Of a stretch of 26,272 nucleotides of DNA, positions 26,027 to 26,272 are shown in pieces. Location: positions 702-26,973 of the forward strand of contig MFMI01000008.1 of the NCBI GenBank assembly GCA_001783465.1. Reading direction: 5' to 3'. The notes under the pieces were generated by a model, which saw only the letters and a list, made by a program, of their open reading frames with translations, searched no databases and had not been told where the DNA came from. Source of the DNA: Candidatus Kaiserbacteria bacterium RIFCSPLOWO2_02_FULL_54_13. Lineage in GTDB: Bacteria; Patescibacteriota; Minisyncoccia; Phycocordibacterales; Phycocordibacteraceae. Numbering within the stretch: the stretch's first letter is position 1; each line of letters starts with the position of its first letter. Made by a program: the position numbers and the translations under genes.

Positions 26027-26272
26027 TCAATTGCAGGCCTTCACCGCTTCGACCAGGAGGTCGTGGATGTGCCCGTTGGACATCAAATGCCCGGCAATTT
26101 TGTTGTCGCTGTAGTGTAGCGGTTCGCCGAAGATGTCCGTCACCTTGCCGCCTGCCTCCGTCACGATGATGTGGCCGGGGGCAGTGTCATGATGCTTGGT
26201 GCCCGGGAAGACCGTCCCCGCGAATTCGCCCGTCGCGACCGCGACCTCGATGTAACCGATGCTGCAGATGTT
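26027..26272 (-). CDS. Inositol monophosphatase family protein (SuhB/CysQ-like), 5' truncated by window edge
   Basis: Hand translation ...VFPGTKHHDTAPGHIIVTEAGGKVTDIFGEPLHY...ACN*; matches the IMPase 'WD.AAG..IV.EAGG.VTD..G' motif. Confidence 0.88.
   Translation of the reverse strand, partial: NICSIGYIEVAVATGEFAGTVFPGTKHHDTAPGHIIVTEAGGKVTDIFGEPLHYSDNKIAGHLMSNGHIHDLLVEAVKACN

Overview
Chromosomal window most consistent with a Patescibacteria (CPR, Parcubacteria-like) genome using genetic code 11; the taxonomy is inferred from gene style (HerA/VirB4-like ATPase, truncated ATP synthase delta and epsilon, minimal UvrC), not from a marker search. Left part: ZIP transporter (5' partial), 4-TM holin-family protein, dedA, a large HerA/VirB4-TraG-like ATPase, FKBP PPIase, tgt, uvrB, uvrA, an M23 peptidase, uvrC, ddl and an HD hydrolase. 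Right part: SWIB protein, an F1Fo ATP synthase operon (atpBEFHAG-DC) split by an orphan PemK/MazF-like gene and an ITPase, a membrane protein, an APH-like kinase and a partial inositol monophosphatase. The most unusual part is a ~2 kb tRNA island (15160-17110). It holds six intact tRNAs (Ala TGC/CGC/GGC, Pro CGG/GGG, Val CAC). tRNA-Pro(GGG) is nested inside the anticodon arm of a second tRNA-Pro scaffold. Two small GIY-YIG nuclease genes are each bracketed by inverted repeats that run into a tRNA-Ala 5' end. A tRNA-Ala fragment carries a 75-nt structured D-loop insertion whose 3' part recurs in front of other tRNA-Ala genes. Separately, several short palindromic elements sit in frame inside conserved proteins (Tgt, UvrB, UvrA, UvrC, AtpD) or supply stop codons, many genes look leaderless, and there is a candidate ~180-nt structured RNA between uvrB and uvrA. 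All motif assignments were made by eye; no searches or folding programs were run.
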